IMG/VR virus record: IMGVR_UViG_2579778650_000023 | From: a virus | Lineage: Duplodnaviria; Heunggongvirae; Uroviricota; Caudoviricetes | Length of the DNA: 51,722 nt | Reading direction: 5' to 3' (one strand) | Part shown: in pieces, positions 31,799 through 41,803 of the stretch | Layout of the letters: each line of letters opens with the position of its first letter | How positions within the stretch are numbered: position 1 is the stretch's first letter | The notes under the pieces: generated by a model | The model's input: the letters and a program-made list of their open reading frames with translations, nothing else | Databases searched by the model: none | Told to the model about the DNA's origin: nothing | Program-made: the position numbers and the translations under genes

Positions 31799-33168
31799 TG
31801 CACTGGCACCTTCAGAGGGATCACCGGCACAAAGCCGGGATGCGTAATGGCATTACGCCGGATAATGTCCGCGTCACGCGCCGCGTTATCAAACCAGGTC
31901 GCCGCCAGCACCAGCGCGGGTAAAACCTCATCCGGTGTGCGCTGAATGATCCGTGCAGACTGTTCAAGGCGCGTGTTGATATCCGCATTCAGATCTGCTT
32001 TCACCCGGCGCAGCGCCAGAAACAGCGCATCGCTGGTTGTACGGGACAACTCCTTATCAATTGCCGTATTCAGTGTGTCGCGAATGTCAGTCAGTTCTTC
32101 CCACGTCGGCAGGTCAACCGTGTTTTTCACCGCCGGTGCATTGTTCAGTGCCGGATGCGTGACGGAAGGCCAGCCAGTGCTCTGCGCGGGTGTTGTTGCC
32201 TGCCCCACTGCGGAATTCTGCATCACCGCGGAAGTTGTTGGCGCAGGCAATCGGGTGACGGCATACGCCGCTTCGCTGATTGCGGTCGTACGAAGGGTGC
32301 TGGCAACCACGTTACGCTGCTGCGTCGCCGTGGCGGTGGTTTTACTGTCCGTTTTCCAGACGCCGCGCGGTTGCAGATCGCTGCCGAGGCTGACACCGGA
32401 AAGCGTTTTGATCATGGTGACCAGGTCGCTGGCGTTACCATAAAGGCGTTTCCCGGTACGCCACATTTTCTGCACCTGCTCAACGAAATTTTTGCCTGAC
32501 GATGGCGGCGGCAGAAGTACCGAGATATCCCCCTGCAACAGCCTGGCGGCATCCGATACGGCAGAATCCACCACTTTCATCGCATCAGAAACATACCCCA
32601 GCATTATGCTGGCATTACCGATAACGTCGTTCTGCACGAAATCCGCTACACCATCGATACTGAAACCGCTGAAGCTGTCACTGATGCAGTCATCCAGTGC
32701 AGAACAGGATGACATCAGCGTCTGCGCCGTCGCCGCACCTGATGTGGGGTAAGAGAGTTCTCCTGCTTCGACAAACTTCAGGTCAAAGCGGACAATACGC
32801 CCTTCACTTTTCGATGTGCTGACCCGAACTTCCCCGTCAACACAGACTTTCAGCTCACCATATGTCGGGTGGACAAGCGTGCCGGGACCGGGTTTATTCA
32901 GCGCTTCAATCAGGCGATCGCGCTGGTCAAAGCAGTCATCTCCCACCACATAAGCTGTGATGGACGGGCGGAAAGTGACTTTTCCCAGATCTTCGGTATA
33001 GGGCTTGTCGCGGTTCGGGTATTCATGTGTTTCCACACGGCGACCGGTTCCCGCACTTTCTTCTTCAACCTTAAACGGCACACCTCGAAATGATGCTTCA
33101 AGTAGCTTTTCACGCCAGCCACTTCGAGAATCAGAGGATAGGTACGAAGAAATATGAGAAAAATCCAT
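31795..33168 (-). CDS. Phage DNA circularisation protein (Mu gp43/N-like, 457 aa)
   Basis: N-terminal ...EASFRGVPFKVEEESAGTGRRVETHEYPNRDKPYTEDLG is the characteristic DNA-circulation N-terminal domain. Confidence 0.75.
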   Translation of the reverse strand: MDFSHISSYLSSDSRSGWREKLLEASFRGVPFKVEEESAGTGRRVETHEYPNRDKPYTEDLGKVTFRPSITAYVVGDDCFDQRDRLIEALNKPGPGTLVHPTYGELKVCVDGEVRVSTSKSEGRIVRFDLKFVEAGELSYPTSGAATAQTLMSSCSALDDCISDSFSGFSIDGVADFVQNDVIGNASIMLGYVSDAMKVVDSAVSDAARLLQGDISVLLPPPSSGKNFVEQVQKMWRTGKRLYGNASDLVTMIKTLSGVSLGSDLQPRGVWKTDSKTTATATQQRNVVASTLRTTAISEAAYAVTRLPAPTTSAVMQNSAVGQATTPAQSTGWPSVTHPALNNAPAVKNTVDLPTWEELTDIRDTLNTAIDKELSRTTSDALFLALRRVKADLNADINTRLEQSARIIQRTPDEVLPALVLAATWFDNAARDADIIRRNAITHPGFVPVIPLKVPVQ

Positions 33169-33181
33169 GGCGTCACCTCAA

Positions 33182-33210
33182 ATAAAAACCGCGTGTAAAC
33201 GCGGTTTTTT
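33182..33210. terminator. Rho-independent terminator downstream of the moron gene
   Basis: AAAACCGCG-tgtaaa-CGCGGTTTT with flanking A/T runs (bidirectional-looking). Confidence 0.65.
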
Positions 33211-33224
33211 ATTAGGTAATAAAA

Positions 33225-33713
33225 TTAACGATCATAATCAACATTATGAGTATCTATTCTACATGATGAATAAGTAATTCCGCTTTCACCACTAATATTT
33301 ACGCCAGCCTTTACCTTCCCTGTTTTCGTAACATCAACAAAGAATTGCCCTCTTGGCATTTTAAATGCAAAAGAGAAACCAATAATTTCCGAGTCAAAGT
33401 TATTTTCATCCTCACTAATTGGTACAATAAAAGTCAATGGTGCAGATTGTGAGTTATTTTCAAAATCAAAAGCACCAATGCTTTTATTAAACTCGTAGGA
33501 TGCTTTTTTTATTAAAAGAGTTCCACTTGCCGACTTTGCTGGGCATATTACAGACAGTCTATTTATTCCCTCTACATCTAGATCTATATTCTTATCCGCT
33601 GAAGTTTTAACGTTATCTATAAAGTATGTAGCAAGCTGCTTTTCCGTTACTGGCTTCGCAAAGGAGTTTAATGGCAGTCCTACAGCCAACAACAATATAA
33701 ACATTTTCTTCAT
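33225..33713 (-). CDS. Secreted hypothetical protein (moron) with Sec signal peptide, about 162 aa
   Basis: MKKMFILLLAVGLPLNSFA signal peptide; AGGAG Shine-Dalgarno before ATG 33713; visibly AT-rich compared with the flanking GC-rich tail genes; own terminator. Confidence 0.65.
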   Translation of the reverse strand: MKKMFILLLAVGLPLNSFAKPVTEKQLATYFIDNVKTSADKNIDLDVEGINRLSVICPAKSASGTLLIKKASYEFNKSIGAFDFENNSQSAPLTFIVPISEDENNFDSEIIGFSFAFKMPRGQFFVDVTKTGKVKAGVNISGESGITYSSCRIDTHNVDYDR

Positions 33714-33777
33714 ATTCTCTCCTACATTCAGCACAAACTTTACCACTCAATAACCCTACTTGATTAAAGTAGTTATA

Positions 33778-35679
33778 TTATCGTCTGAATGGAGAATACC
33801 CCACATCGTGCGTGATTTTCATCAGGGGATCGGCTTTGCCCGGTACATCAATTATCTTCATACCTGGCGGAGCATTCTCGAACGTGACTTTCAGCTCGCT
33901 GTGCTGTGTCATGGAAGAAGATGGATTCAACAGCGGAACATTGGGTTTGTACTGACTCAGGCTGGCCTGATACTGCTCGTACTCTTTACGATCAAAAAAA
34001 GGCGTCCAGTCTGAAGCCAGAAACAGCCCTTTATTATCCAGCCAGTTAACCGTATCTTCAGGAACAACACTTTCCAAAGTATCTTTAACCGGCTCATACA
34101 TCAGGGTTCCCAGAAAACCATATACCCCGGCCTTCCCGATAAAGCCGCGGCCTTTCCCCATCAATCCCGTTTCTGCCGATACCTTCCCCAGCGTACGCAT
34201 CTCTCTGGTCACTGCGGTAATGGATTTGGTAACGTCAGCAACCCATTTGGTTGCCATAAACAGGGCAATCGCTTTCAGAACAGTTTCCCATCCCCCCATC
34301 GCCTGCGCCGTTTCATCCACCACGTGCCAGACTTTTTTTATGACAGGACCTACGGTTTCCCAATTATCAATAATGAGGTAAGCGCCACCAACCAGAAGAG
34401 CAATCAGCCCCTTAGCAGGCGTCATATTCATCACACCGCCGAGAACTTTCATGATTCTGGACAAAGAGCCTGCAGCGGCCCCCACTGTCAGTAAAGCCAG
34501 ACCGATTTTAGCAATGGTCTTAACGAGCTCCGGGTTTTCACGGACAAACGTTCTCACTTCCTCAAGGAGCGGTTTTACCGCTTCAAGACCATCATTAACC
34601 TCAGGAAGAAACGTTTCCCCCAGAGTGGAAGAAATGGCATCAAGTTGATTTTGCAGAAGTAAAAGCTGGTTTTCCGTCGTCGCTGCCCTCGAAGCATATT
34701 CCTTCTGCATCGAACTGCCATACTGCTGGGAATCCGCAACCCGCCTGAAGTTGGTACGCAACAAATCAAGGTTAGTCAGCAGAGGTGCTATCGCGCCCAG
34801 AGACTCTTTCCCGAACAGGGCATTCAGCACAGCTGCCTGTTTTTCTTTAGGCACTTTAGCCATCGCATCCAGTACAGACAGCATGGTTCCCCGGGCATCT
34901 TTCTGCATATCAGCAGCTAATTTCTTCGGATTGATCCGCAGAAAACGTAATGCCTGTTTCTGCGATTTTGTCGCGGAATTTCCCGCGGTCAGGGAAAGCA
35001 TGAAGTTCTTGATCCCTGTGGCGGCAATTTCTGACTCCACGCCCATCCCGGCAATGGTTGCCCCCATTGCCGCGATTTCGCCGGAAGCCACACCTGCAAC
35101 ACCACCTAAAGGACCAATACGCGTAACAATATCGGAGATTTTCTTCGCATTCGCCGGGCCGGTATTACCAAGGTAGTTGATTTTGTCAGCCAGCCCGGCC
35201 ACTTCATCCTGCGTCATATTAAACGCAGTACGCCACTGGGCCATCATCTGCCCGGACTCTTCAGCCGTGGTATCAAAGGCCACGCCCATCTTCACCGCAT
35301 CAGTGGCAAACTGCATCAGTTCATCACGTGCAATCCCGGCCTGACCGCCAGCCGCCACAATTTCCGCGATCCCGTCTGCAGACATGGGAAGCTCAGTAGA
35401 CAAAGCGCGTACCTGCTCCGTCATGGCCTTAAACGCATCCGGCGTATCCAGACCGTTCACCACTTTGCGGACATCAGCCATCTTCGATTCAAGGGTGATG
35501 GCTGATTTTACAGGGAGTGCCAGTGCCCCCATTATTGCAGTACCCGCCCCGGCAGCGCCCAGAGCAAGGCTGGAGACTTCTTTCTGAAACCCCTTAAGCT
35601 GACGCTGCATACCTTTAAGCGGGCCGGATAGCCTGTCAACGGCGGTGATGATGGCTTTAAGCTGAAAATTATCAGCCAT
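33778..35679 (-). CDS. Phage tail tape measure protein (633 aa)
   Basis: Long Ala/Gly-rich alpha-helical protein with tape-measure character, between the tail assembly chaperone and baseplate genes. Confidence 0.8.
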   Translation of the reverse strand: MADNFQLKAIITAVDRLSGPLKGMQRQLKGFQKEVSSLALGAAGAGTAIMGALALPVKSAITLESKMADVRKVVNGLDTPDAFKAMTEQVRALSTELPMSADGIAEIVAAGGQAGIARDELMQFATDAVKMGVAFDTTAEESGQMMAQWRTAFNMTQDEVAGLADKINYLGNTGPANAKKISDIVTRIGPLGGVAGVASGEIAAMGATIAGMGVESEIAATGIKNFMLSLTAGNSATKSQKQALRFLRINPKKLAADMQKDARGTMLSVLDAMAKVPKEKQAAVLNALFGKESLGAIAPLLTNLDLLRTNFRRVADSQQYGSSMQKEYASRAATTENQLLLLQNQLDAISSTLGETFLPEVNDGLEAVKPLLEEVRTFVRENPELVKTIAKIGLALLTVGAAAGSLSRIMKVLGGVMNMTPAKGLIALLVGGAYLIIDNWETVGPVIKKVWHVVDETAQAMGGWETVLKAIALFMATKWVADVTKSITAVTREMRTLGKVSAETGLMGKGRGFIGKAGVYGFLGTLMYEPVKDTLESVVPEDTVNWLDNKGLFLASDWTPFFDRKEYEQYQASLSQYKPNVPLLNPSSSMTQHSELKVTFENAPPGMKIIDVPGKADPLMKITHDVGYSPFRR

Positions 35680-35763
35680 GCTTCATCTCCTCATTTATAC
35701 GGACGGCCTCTGCCTCCAGATCAGCAAAGTGGGAAATAGCCGTCCGGCGAAGTTCAAGGGGGT

Positions 35764-36087
35764 TTAATTTCCAGAACCACGCGACATTGTAGAATCGCTT
35801 CCGGAGGTCTCTTCCGTCTCCAAGCCGGTAAAAAAACGCATTACAATCATGCCTGCCTTAAAAATATCCAGCTTCGTCATCTGCGCTGCAGACGAGCGCG
35901 GGATCCCGGCCAGAAGCGGGATATATTTCAGCGCTACCTGACTGTCCATTTTCATACCACCATCAGGCGAAACAGAGGAAGGGAACCCCAGCGCCTCAAT
36001 CTCGTCATACGTAGGCTCACGTATTTCCAGCACATGCAGTGTTTCTTTGTGGGCGATGATCGGTTTTTTAAGTACAAGCTCAATCAC
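35764..36087 (-). CDS. Phage tail assembly chaperone (Mu gp41-like, 107 aa)
   Basis: Small gene between the tail tube and tape measure genes. Confidence 0.55.
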   Translation of the reverse strand: MIELVLKKPIIAHKETLHVLEIREPTYDEIEALGFPSSVSPDGGMKMDSQVALKYIPLLAGIPRSSAAQMTKLDIFKAGMIVMRFFTGLETEETSGSDSTMSRGSGN

Positions 36088-36440
36088 TGGTAATCCCCTT
36101 CTTCACCGTGGAACTCAAGATCAACCGTACCTTCTTCGGCATTATGGTTCGCTTCGCCGTGCAGCCAGGCTGACGACAATACATAGACCTGACCGTTCGC
36201 CAGCTCGGCAGTGATTGTCATCTCATCAGACGAGGTGATTTTGCTCACCGGAAAATTCTTCGGCACCTTGAAGGTCCCTTTGACATAAGGCGCACGGTGA
36301 GTTTCCTTGCGGTCCACTGAACCGTCCAGGCCGATGATGTCATCATTGACCGTCCTGTTCATGGGCACCTCAATGCCGCCGGTCAGCGATAGCTGCTGAC
36401 CGTCAATTTTGAAATAACAGGTTCCCCCGATACGGGCCAT
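36084..36440 (-). CDS. Phage tail tube protein (Mu gpM-like, 118 aa)
   Basis: Directly downstream of the sheath gene with overlapping stop/start. Confidence 0.7.
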   Translation of the reverse strand: MARIGGTCYFKIDGQQLSLTGGIEVPMNRTVNDDIIGLDGSVDRKETHRAPYVKGTFKVPKNFPVSKITSSDEMTITAELANGQVYVLSSAWLHGEANHNAEEGTVDLEFHGEEGDYQ

Positions 36441-37936
36441 TATGCAGACTCCTCTGAATACTGAAGACGGAACTGGTTAACCACGGCAAAAACACGCAAC
36501 TGGTTAACATAGTCAGGCGGGAACAGCGTGTTCAGGCGGTTCGGATCGCTGGCATCACGCTCCACAACCAGGTACTGCTTAAACAGTTCGTAGTTTTCCA
36601 CGATCCCCGCACGCTCAAGCTGACGGTAGGTTGCCAGCAGTTCCCCTTTGATTACCGCCGGGGTGACAATCGCCTGACCGGGACCAAAGCGGGTACCGTC
36701 GCTGGCAAGCTTGTGACGCCCGTACTTACTGGTAATGACGGATTTCAGTTTGCGCAGTACATACGCACTGGTATGCAGCGTCTCGCTGTCGAGGTAGCTG
36801 TTATCCGCAACCCCGTAAGCATTTTTCCTGTACGTGGTGACATCACGCTGAATGCGCAGCACCCCGCTTTCGACATACGCCGTTGCCACGCCATGAGACA
36901 GCAGGGTCTGTTGCTCGGTCATCGTGAACCGTTTCCCCTTCGGCGCAGGCAGCATACCCACCAGCTCACCGGTCTGCGTGGGACGTGCCGGATCGTTGCG
37001 AATAAACACCGCTGCGCGGGCGGTACGGCTTGCCGCCAGCTCGTCGGCTGGCGTCTGAGTGTCTTTTTCGTATCCCGCCAGGGTAATGTGCTGCTGGTTA
37101 AACTGGTCACCTGCGGTCACCAGTTCTGACAGCGTGCCGATCTTTGCCGTATACACATGACCATACAGCTGACGCGCATAGCTCCAGCGACCGCTGGTAT
37201 CGTTCATCTCGGTCACCAGCGTGTTAACGGAGGCCGTGTCGTTGAACGGCAGGCCAATATAATCAAACGGCTCATCCGCCATTGCAGCCACCGCACCGGT
37301 GAGAACCGGAGCGCCCGTTCCGGCGCTCCCCGTCGCCACGGCAATCTGTACGCCCGCTGGCAGCACTTCGCCCCCACCAAAGCCGTAGTAATTGAGGCTG
37401 ACAGGAATTTCATTCCCGCAAAGCCCCTTATGACGCGCGGTCAGCGTGACCACGCCTGCCGAAGATGAGGCCGTAAACGGCAGGGCCGGAACGGCATTAA
37501 TGGCATCTTTGATACTGCTGGCAATCGTCGCGACGTTATCGCCGTTGGTCACCGGTGCCTGCACGCGGGTACGTCCCACATAAACATTCACCGTGCCGGT
37601 TTCGGTTGCCGCCCCGGTCACCGTCAGCGTAACCGTTGCCGCCGCGCCTGTGGCTTCCGGAACGGCAATCACATACAGCTCGCCAAACGGGTCGGTCTGG
37701 CGATAAGCCTCGACCATACGCGCCAGCTGACTTCCCGCACCACAAATCTGGCGTGCATAGTCTGCCGACGGCATCAGCACCAGACTGTTGGCAACAATCT
37801 CTGCACCGTTATTGGCGTGACCAATCAGCAACGATGCCCCGCTGTCCTGTGCAGTATTCGCCGCCTGGTTATCCATTTCCGCATAAAACAGCGGAACCAG
37901 CGTATTCGACGGAATGGTGTTAAAGCTTATCGTCAT
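36440..37936 (-). CDS. Phage tail sheath protein (Mu gpL-like, 498 aa)
   Basis: Size and sequence character of contractile tail sheath proteins; position before the tube gene. Confidence 0.8.
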   Translation of the reverse strand: MTISFNTIPSNTLVPLFYAEMDNQAANTAQDSGASLLIGHANNGAEIVANSLVLMPSADYARQICGAGSQLARMVEAYRQTDPFGELYVIAVPEATGAAATVTLTVTGAATETGTVNVYVGRTRVQAPVTNGDNVATIASSIKDAINAVPALPFTASSSAGVVTLTARHKGLCGNEIPVSLNYYGFGGGEVLPAGVQIAVATGSAGTGAPVLTGAVAAMADEPFDYIGLPFNDTASVNTLVTEMNDTSGRWSYARQLYGHVYTAKIGTLSELVTAGDQFNQQHITLAGYEKDTQTPADELAASRTARAAVFIRNDPARPTQTGELVGMLPAPKGKRFTMTEQQTLLSHGVATAYVESGVLRIQRDVTTYRKNAYGVADNSYLDSETLHTSAYVLRKLKSVITSKYGRHKLASDGTRFGPGQAIVTPAVIKGELLATYRQLERAGIVENYELFKQYLVVERDASDPNRLNTLFPPDYVNQLRVFAVVNQFRLQYSEESA

Positions 37937-38090
37937 CGGTGTTCACCTTTTTATTCACGCGCCGGATATCACCCGCTGCTTCACGGCGCAGCCAGTAGTT
38001 GTTCTCGTCAACATTTCGCCCTTCGGTGGGCAAAAGGTCACCGCGGGCAGGGTCAGGCACTGACCGCCCTTTAACAGGTTTCACAAACAT
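37920..38090 (-). CDS. Small conserved phage protein (about 56 aa, DUF2635-like) upstream of the sheath gene
   Basis: Own reading of the minus strand: MFVKPVKGRSVPDPARGDLLPTEGRNVDENNYWLRREAAGDIRRVNKKVNTDDDKL; stop overlaps the sheath start; below the 60-aa cutoff of the ORF track. Confidence 0.4.
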   Translation of the reverse strand: MFVKPVKGRSVPDPARGDLLPTEGRNVDENNYWLRREAAGDIRRVNKKVNTDDDKL

Positions 38091-38098
38091 GAAGATTC

Positions 38099-38659
38099 TC
38101 AGGAAGGAAGGGTTATTTCGGTGTGATGTTCGATATCGCCGTCAGGCCCGTTACCGGGATCGAGATAATCAACATCAATCGCCAGCGTTCGCAGTTCATC
38201 CAGACTGTTCAGCTCATCCTGCTGGCGGGTATCGTCTTCGGTCAGCTCGCTGATGACCGAAAAATCGAACTGATAAATCAGCTCATGACGATTCAGATCT
38301 AGCAGCGTGCCGCCGTCATAGGTAATCGGGTTACCGCACGCTTCCGGGTTCCAGCCCAGCAGGGCCTTAAAGAGCATCTGCCGGACATCGTCCACCACAT
38401 CATACGAGGCAAACTGACCGCGCTCATCACGCCCGTTACTCAGTATGACAACCACGGAGAAGCCCTCTTTCAGCTCCTGCCAGTAGTCGGTCTGGCTTTT
38501 GTTTTCTCCCGGAGAATCATCCCCCGGTACCACATATGCCGCCGGGAGTTTCAGCTTTCCGACCTCCGGCAGATTTTTGAACTGGGCCGCGCCTGCCACC
38601 CGGTTTTCAAAATACGGGCAGCGGGCACGCAGCGCAGCAATAACAGGCGTCAGTTTCAT
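38099..38659 (-). CDS. Phage head-tail joining/tail completion protein (Mu gp37-like, 186 aa)
   Basis: Position between the head-completion genes and the sheath. Confidence 0.55.
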   Translation of the reverse strand: MKLTPVIAALRARCPYFENRVAGAAQFKNLPEVGKLKLPAAYVVPGDDSPGENKSQTDYWQELKEGFSVVVILSNGRDERGQFASYDVVDDVRQMLFKALLGWNPEACGNPITYDGGTLLDLNRHELIYQFDFSVISELTEDDTRQQDELNSLDELRTLAIDVDYLDPGNGPDGDIEHHTEITLPS

Positions 38660-39207
38660 GTTTTTTTCCTTCTTACAGGACGTAATGACCGCTGTAACTC
38701 ACGGGACAGTAACTTTTGTGTCCAGTAACGACGCTGGTCGATGACATCAGCCATAAAGTTATTACGTGGTGCCAGCCGCCAGCGGGATGAATGCTGCTTT
38801 TTCTGGCGCTTATCCTTTTTGCTCATCCCGTATGCGGCATAACGCACACCGTAATACAGAAACGCCGGATAATACGCAGAACCTTCAGGAAAACGCCGGT
38901 TACCCTGCCCGTTTTTCTGGTTAGGGGAAATCCTGACCATCAGGCCAGAACGACGGGAGCTTTTACGGGGGACGTAATAACCTATAGAACGCGCAAGTCG
39001 TCCGGTCTGATAGCCGGGGTTTTCACCTGGAGCAGACCGACCACGCCGCATCACCAGCCGCCGGGCATCACGCATATAGACACGCCCGATTTGAACAAAT
39101 GCCTTTCGGAGCCTGGCACGATTAAACTCCATCTCCTCCGGTTGTTTGAAATCAACGTGTAAAAATGCTGTCTGCTCCACTGCGTCCTCCCATTTGTTCT
39201 TCGGCAC
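38656..39207 (-). CDS. Phage virion morphogenesis protein (gpG/gp36-like); start uncertain (GTG at 39207 or ATG at 39132)
   Basis: Arg/Lys-rich protein in the head-tail joining region; the longer version overlaps the upstream gene by 56 nt. Confidence 0.55.
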   Translation of the reverse strand: MPKNKWEDAVEQTAFLHVDFKQPEEMEFNRARLRKAFVQIGRVYMRDARRLVMRRGRSAPGENPGYQTGRLARSIGYYVPRKSSRRSGLMVRISPNQKNGQGNRRFPEGSAYYPAFLYYGVRYAAYGMSKKDKRQKKQHSSRWRLAPRNNFMADVIDQRRYWTQKLLSRELQRSLRPVRRKKT

Positions 39208-39562
39208 CCAGTTCCGTACACTCCAGCAGCAGAAAGCGCCGCGCCCCGTTCAGATCACGCTGACGTTTCACCCGGTACACACTGTCATCACAGACCACCT
39301 CATAATCAGCAGTGATCCCCCGGCGGTAGCGAATGGTGATGTAATGGGTGATGGCATCTCCGATCTGCGCTGTTTCCTGCCAGGTGGTGGCACTGGTCTG
39401 GATAACCTTCGCCCATGCCCGGAACACAACCGGGTATTGAGGCTCCACGCCAAAGTTATCCGCGGGCATATCCACCCGCTGGCGGATCAGGACGCGTTTA
39501 TTCAGCTCGCCGGGGTCAGGCAGAATGTAGGTTGCGCTGGTCTGCGCCTGACGAATTTTCAT
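39152..39562 (-). CDS. Head-tail adaptor / head closure protein (136 aa)
   Basis: Position after the gp6-like connector; small acidic protein. Confidence 0.55.
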   Translation of the reverse strand: MKIRQAQTSATYILPDPGELNKRVLIRQRVDMPADNFGVEPQYPVVFRAWAKVIQTSATTWQETAQIGDAITHYITIRYRRGITADYEVVCDDSVYRVKRQRDLNGARRFLLLECTELGAEEQMGGRSGADSIFTR

Positions 39563-39882
39563 AGTGGTATAAGGCGATAAGGAGCAACCAACCAGTTAAA
39601 GCTCATTGGCAACTCCATTTTCTCAACGTCTGTAACCGTTGAGCGGTTTTCGTAGAAATGGCTGACAAGTAGCAGGAGCGCCAGCTTCACATCATCAGAT
39701 ATCACAAGCCCATCAGGATCATCCGCAGGCCTGTCATCTGCGGTTGCATACAACGTACGGTTAAGGAAGTTTTCCGTCCGACTCTGAGCGGCCTTCCCAA
39801 GTAGTTCAAGCAACTCATCTTCATCAGAGAAATCATCATCCAGACGAAGCTGAAGCTTAATCTCTTCCATTTTTAACAGCAT
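39559..39882 (-). CDS. Head-tail connector (gp6-like DNA-packaging/head completion protein, about 107 aa)
   Basis: GGAGG Shine-Dalgarno before ATG 39882 (MLLKMEEIKLQL...); first gene after the major capsid gene. Confidence 0.55.
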   Translation of the reverse strand: MLLKMEEIKLQLRLDDDFSDEDELLELLGKAAQSRTENFLNRTLYATADDRPADDPDGLVISDDVKLALLLLVSHFYENRSTVTDVEKMELPMSFNWLVAPYRLIPL

Positions 39883-39960
39883 AAAACCTCCTGTGCCCGC
39901 CAGAACGCGGGCACAAAAAAACCGCATTACGCGGCGTGCTGTATTACGTAAAAAGACTAA

Positions 39961-41190
39961 TCAACCACCAACGCTACCTTTCCCCACCAGCGCTTTAATG
40001 GCAGAGGTGTCTTCCAGGATACAGTCAAAACGATGGAAGGCCAGAAAACCGGTCTGATCATATTCCGCGTAACGCTCAACCAGACGTTTAAGAATCATGT
40101 ATCGCACACGACGGATAATGAAGCGATCAAAGTCACCACAGAACATGAATTTTTTACCCGCCCCGATATCATCAATTTCCTGATCAATGACATAAGGTAC
40201 ATTCAACACTGAAGCAGGTGCCACACCAACAATATCCGGCAACCATAAAGGGCGTCCCTGACCGTCTTCCATCTCACTGATCAGTTTCAGCGTATTATCG
40301 TTAAATGCCAGGCGGAATTTCGGTCCGCGACGATATGCAGGATCAATGCTGTGTTTCAGAGCCAGAATTTCCTGCCACTTCACCGCATTTGCCGCGGCAG
40401 TCTGTGTTGTGCCGGTCACTGATGCTGCCAGCCCTTTGGGTTGTTTAGGCGTACCAGCACCAGTCCCCTGAATCAGATAACGGGCTTCACCACGACCAAT
40501 ACGTTCAGCAATGCGACGGGCAAGATAAGCTTCCATATCGATCGCGCTGTCCTGCAGCAACTCATTAGACACACGAATGATTTTCGATGTCATTTTGAGC
40601 GCCCCAAGACTTCCCATACCGAAATCGGTGTCTTCTTCACCGGCTTCTTCATTTTCGCCCAGCAGAACACCAACTTCGGAAGTACCATCAGCTGTTGCCC
40701 ACTCCATGGTGCGACCGTCAGAAGTGGTCAGAATCTGCGCCACACTGGCGATGCCACCGTAGGATTTCATCTTCTCAACAACTTTCGCCAGGAATGTTTC
40801 TGGTACGGTATATCCGCCCTTTTCATCCTGAGCTACACCCTGGGCACGAAGTTCACGCAACGCCTTTCGCTCTTCTGATGTCAGCTCACTGGCACCGTGA
40901 CGCATCCACTTATCAAAAACCTGAGCTCGTTTCTCATCCTGTTGCGAATTGTTTTCCGGATCAAGATTCTGACGCTGCTCTTCCTCATTGCTTTCAATGT
41001 ACGCCTGATCCTGACGACGCAGTTCTTCTTCGCGTGCAATTCGTTCATCAAGCGCTTCCAGTTCGGATTTTGCTTTGTTCCACTCAGTGCGCTGCTCTTC
41101 CGTCCATGCGTTATCACCAATTTTTTCATTCAGGGCGCGCATGTCAGTTGCGATAGTATTACGTTTCTGTTTCAGTTCATGCAGTTTCAT
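39961..41190 (-). CDS. Major capsid protein, HK97-like fold with N-terminal delta/scaffolding-like coiled-coil domain (409 aa)
   Basis: N-terminal 100 aa highly charged coiled coil, then a capsid-like domain; follows the prohead protease gene. Confidence 0.8.
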   Translation of the reverse strand: MKLHELKQKRNTIATDMRALNEKIGDNAWTEEQRTEWNKAKSELEALDERIAREEELRRQDQAYIESNEEEQRQNLDPENNSQQDEKRAQVFDKWMRHGASELTSEERKALRELRAQGVAQDEKGGYTVPETFLAKVVEKMKSYGGIASVAQILTTSDGRTMEWATADGTSEVGVLLGENEEAGEEDTDFGMGSLGALKMTSKIIRVSNELLQDSAIDMEAYLARRIAERIGRGEARYLIQGTGAGTPKQPKGLAASVTGTTQTAAANAVKWQEILALKHSIDPAYRRGPKFRLAFNDNTLKLISEMEDGQGRPLWLPDIVGVAPASVLNVPYVIDQEIDDIGAGKKFMFCGDFDRFIIRRVRYMILKRLVERYAEYDQTGFLAFHRFDCILEDTSAIKALVGKGSVGG

Positions 41191-41200
41191 GATGTTTCCT

Positions 41201-41803
41201 TTACGCGTTAAGAAGGGTCAGGACGCGTTCACGCGCCATACGTTGATTAATGGCTTTCTGTAGCGCGCCGCTGTTGCGCGCCTCCTGCCATGCTTTCATG
41301 GAGCGAACAGCCGAGTCAGCCTCCTGATAGGCAGGATATGTCACAGGACTGACATCCAGCAGACGGGAAAAGCGGGTTATCTCGCGAATAACAACCCCGT
41401 CCTCATCCTGATACCACTCCTCACCGTCACGGGCGACACGGAAAGCGAAAGATGACTGGTTAATATCTCCACGTTGCATCGGGGCCAGCACCAGATCACG
41501 AATGGTCTGTGTCTCCGGAGCCTGGATGTCATAGCGTAATCCGCGCTCATCAACTGAAAGATTCAGCGTGCCTGCTGCACTACGCCCAAGAATAAAATTA
41601 GGATCGTGGTTAAACAGTGCGCGTACATCATCACCAAGCACATCGTCAAAAGCGCCGGGCCGGATGATTTCGCGGAATGAACCGAATATCAGCTCAGAAC
41701 GACAGTCAAACACCGATCCATAACCGATAATGTGCGCCGGGTTATCGTCATGCCTCTCAGCACGCACCTCACCGCTGTAACAACGGATTTCACGGTCATT
41801 CAT
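41201..41803 (-). CDS. Prohead protease (HK97 family, peptidase U35/S78)
   Basis: Between the portal and capsid genes; start chosen at ATG 41803 with GAGGG Shine-Dalgarno (the six-frame ORF extends to 41860). Confidence 0.75.
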   Translation of the reverse strand: MNDREIRCYSGEVRAERHDDNPAHIIGYGSVFDCRSELIFGSFREIIRPGAFDDVLGDDVRALFNHDPNFILGRSAAGTLNLSVDERGLRYDIQAPETQTIRDLVLAPMQRGDINQSSFAFRVARDGEEWYQDEDGVVIREITRFSRLLDVSPVTYPAYQEADSAVRSMKAWQEARNSGALQKAINQRMARERVLTLLNA

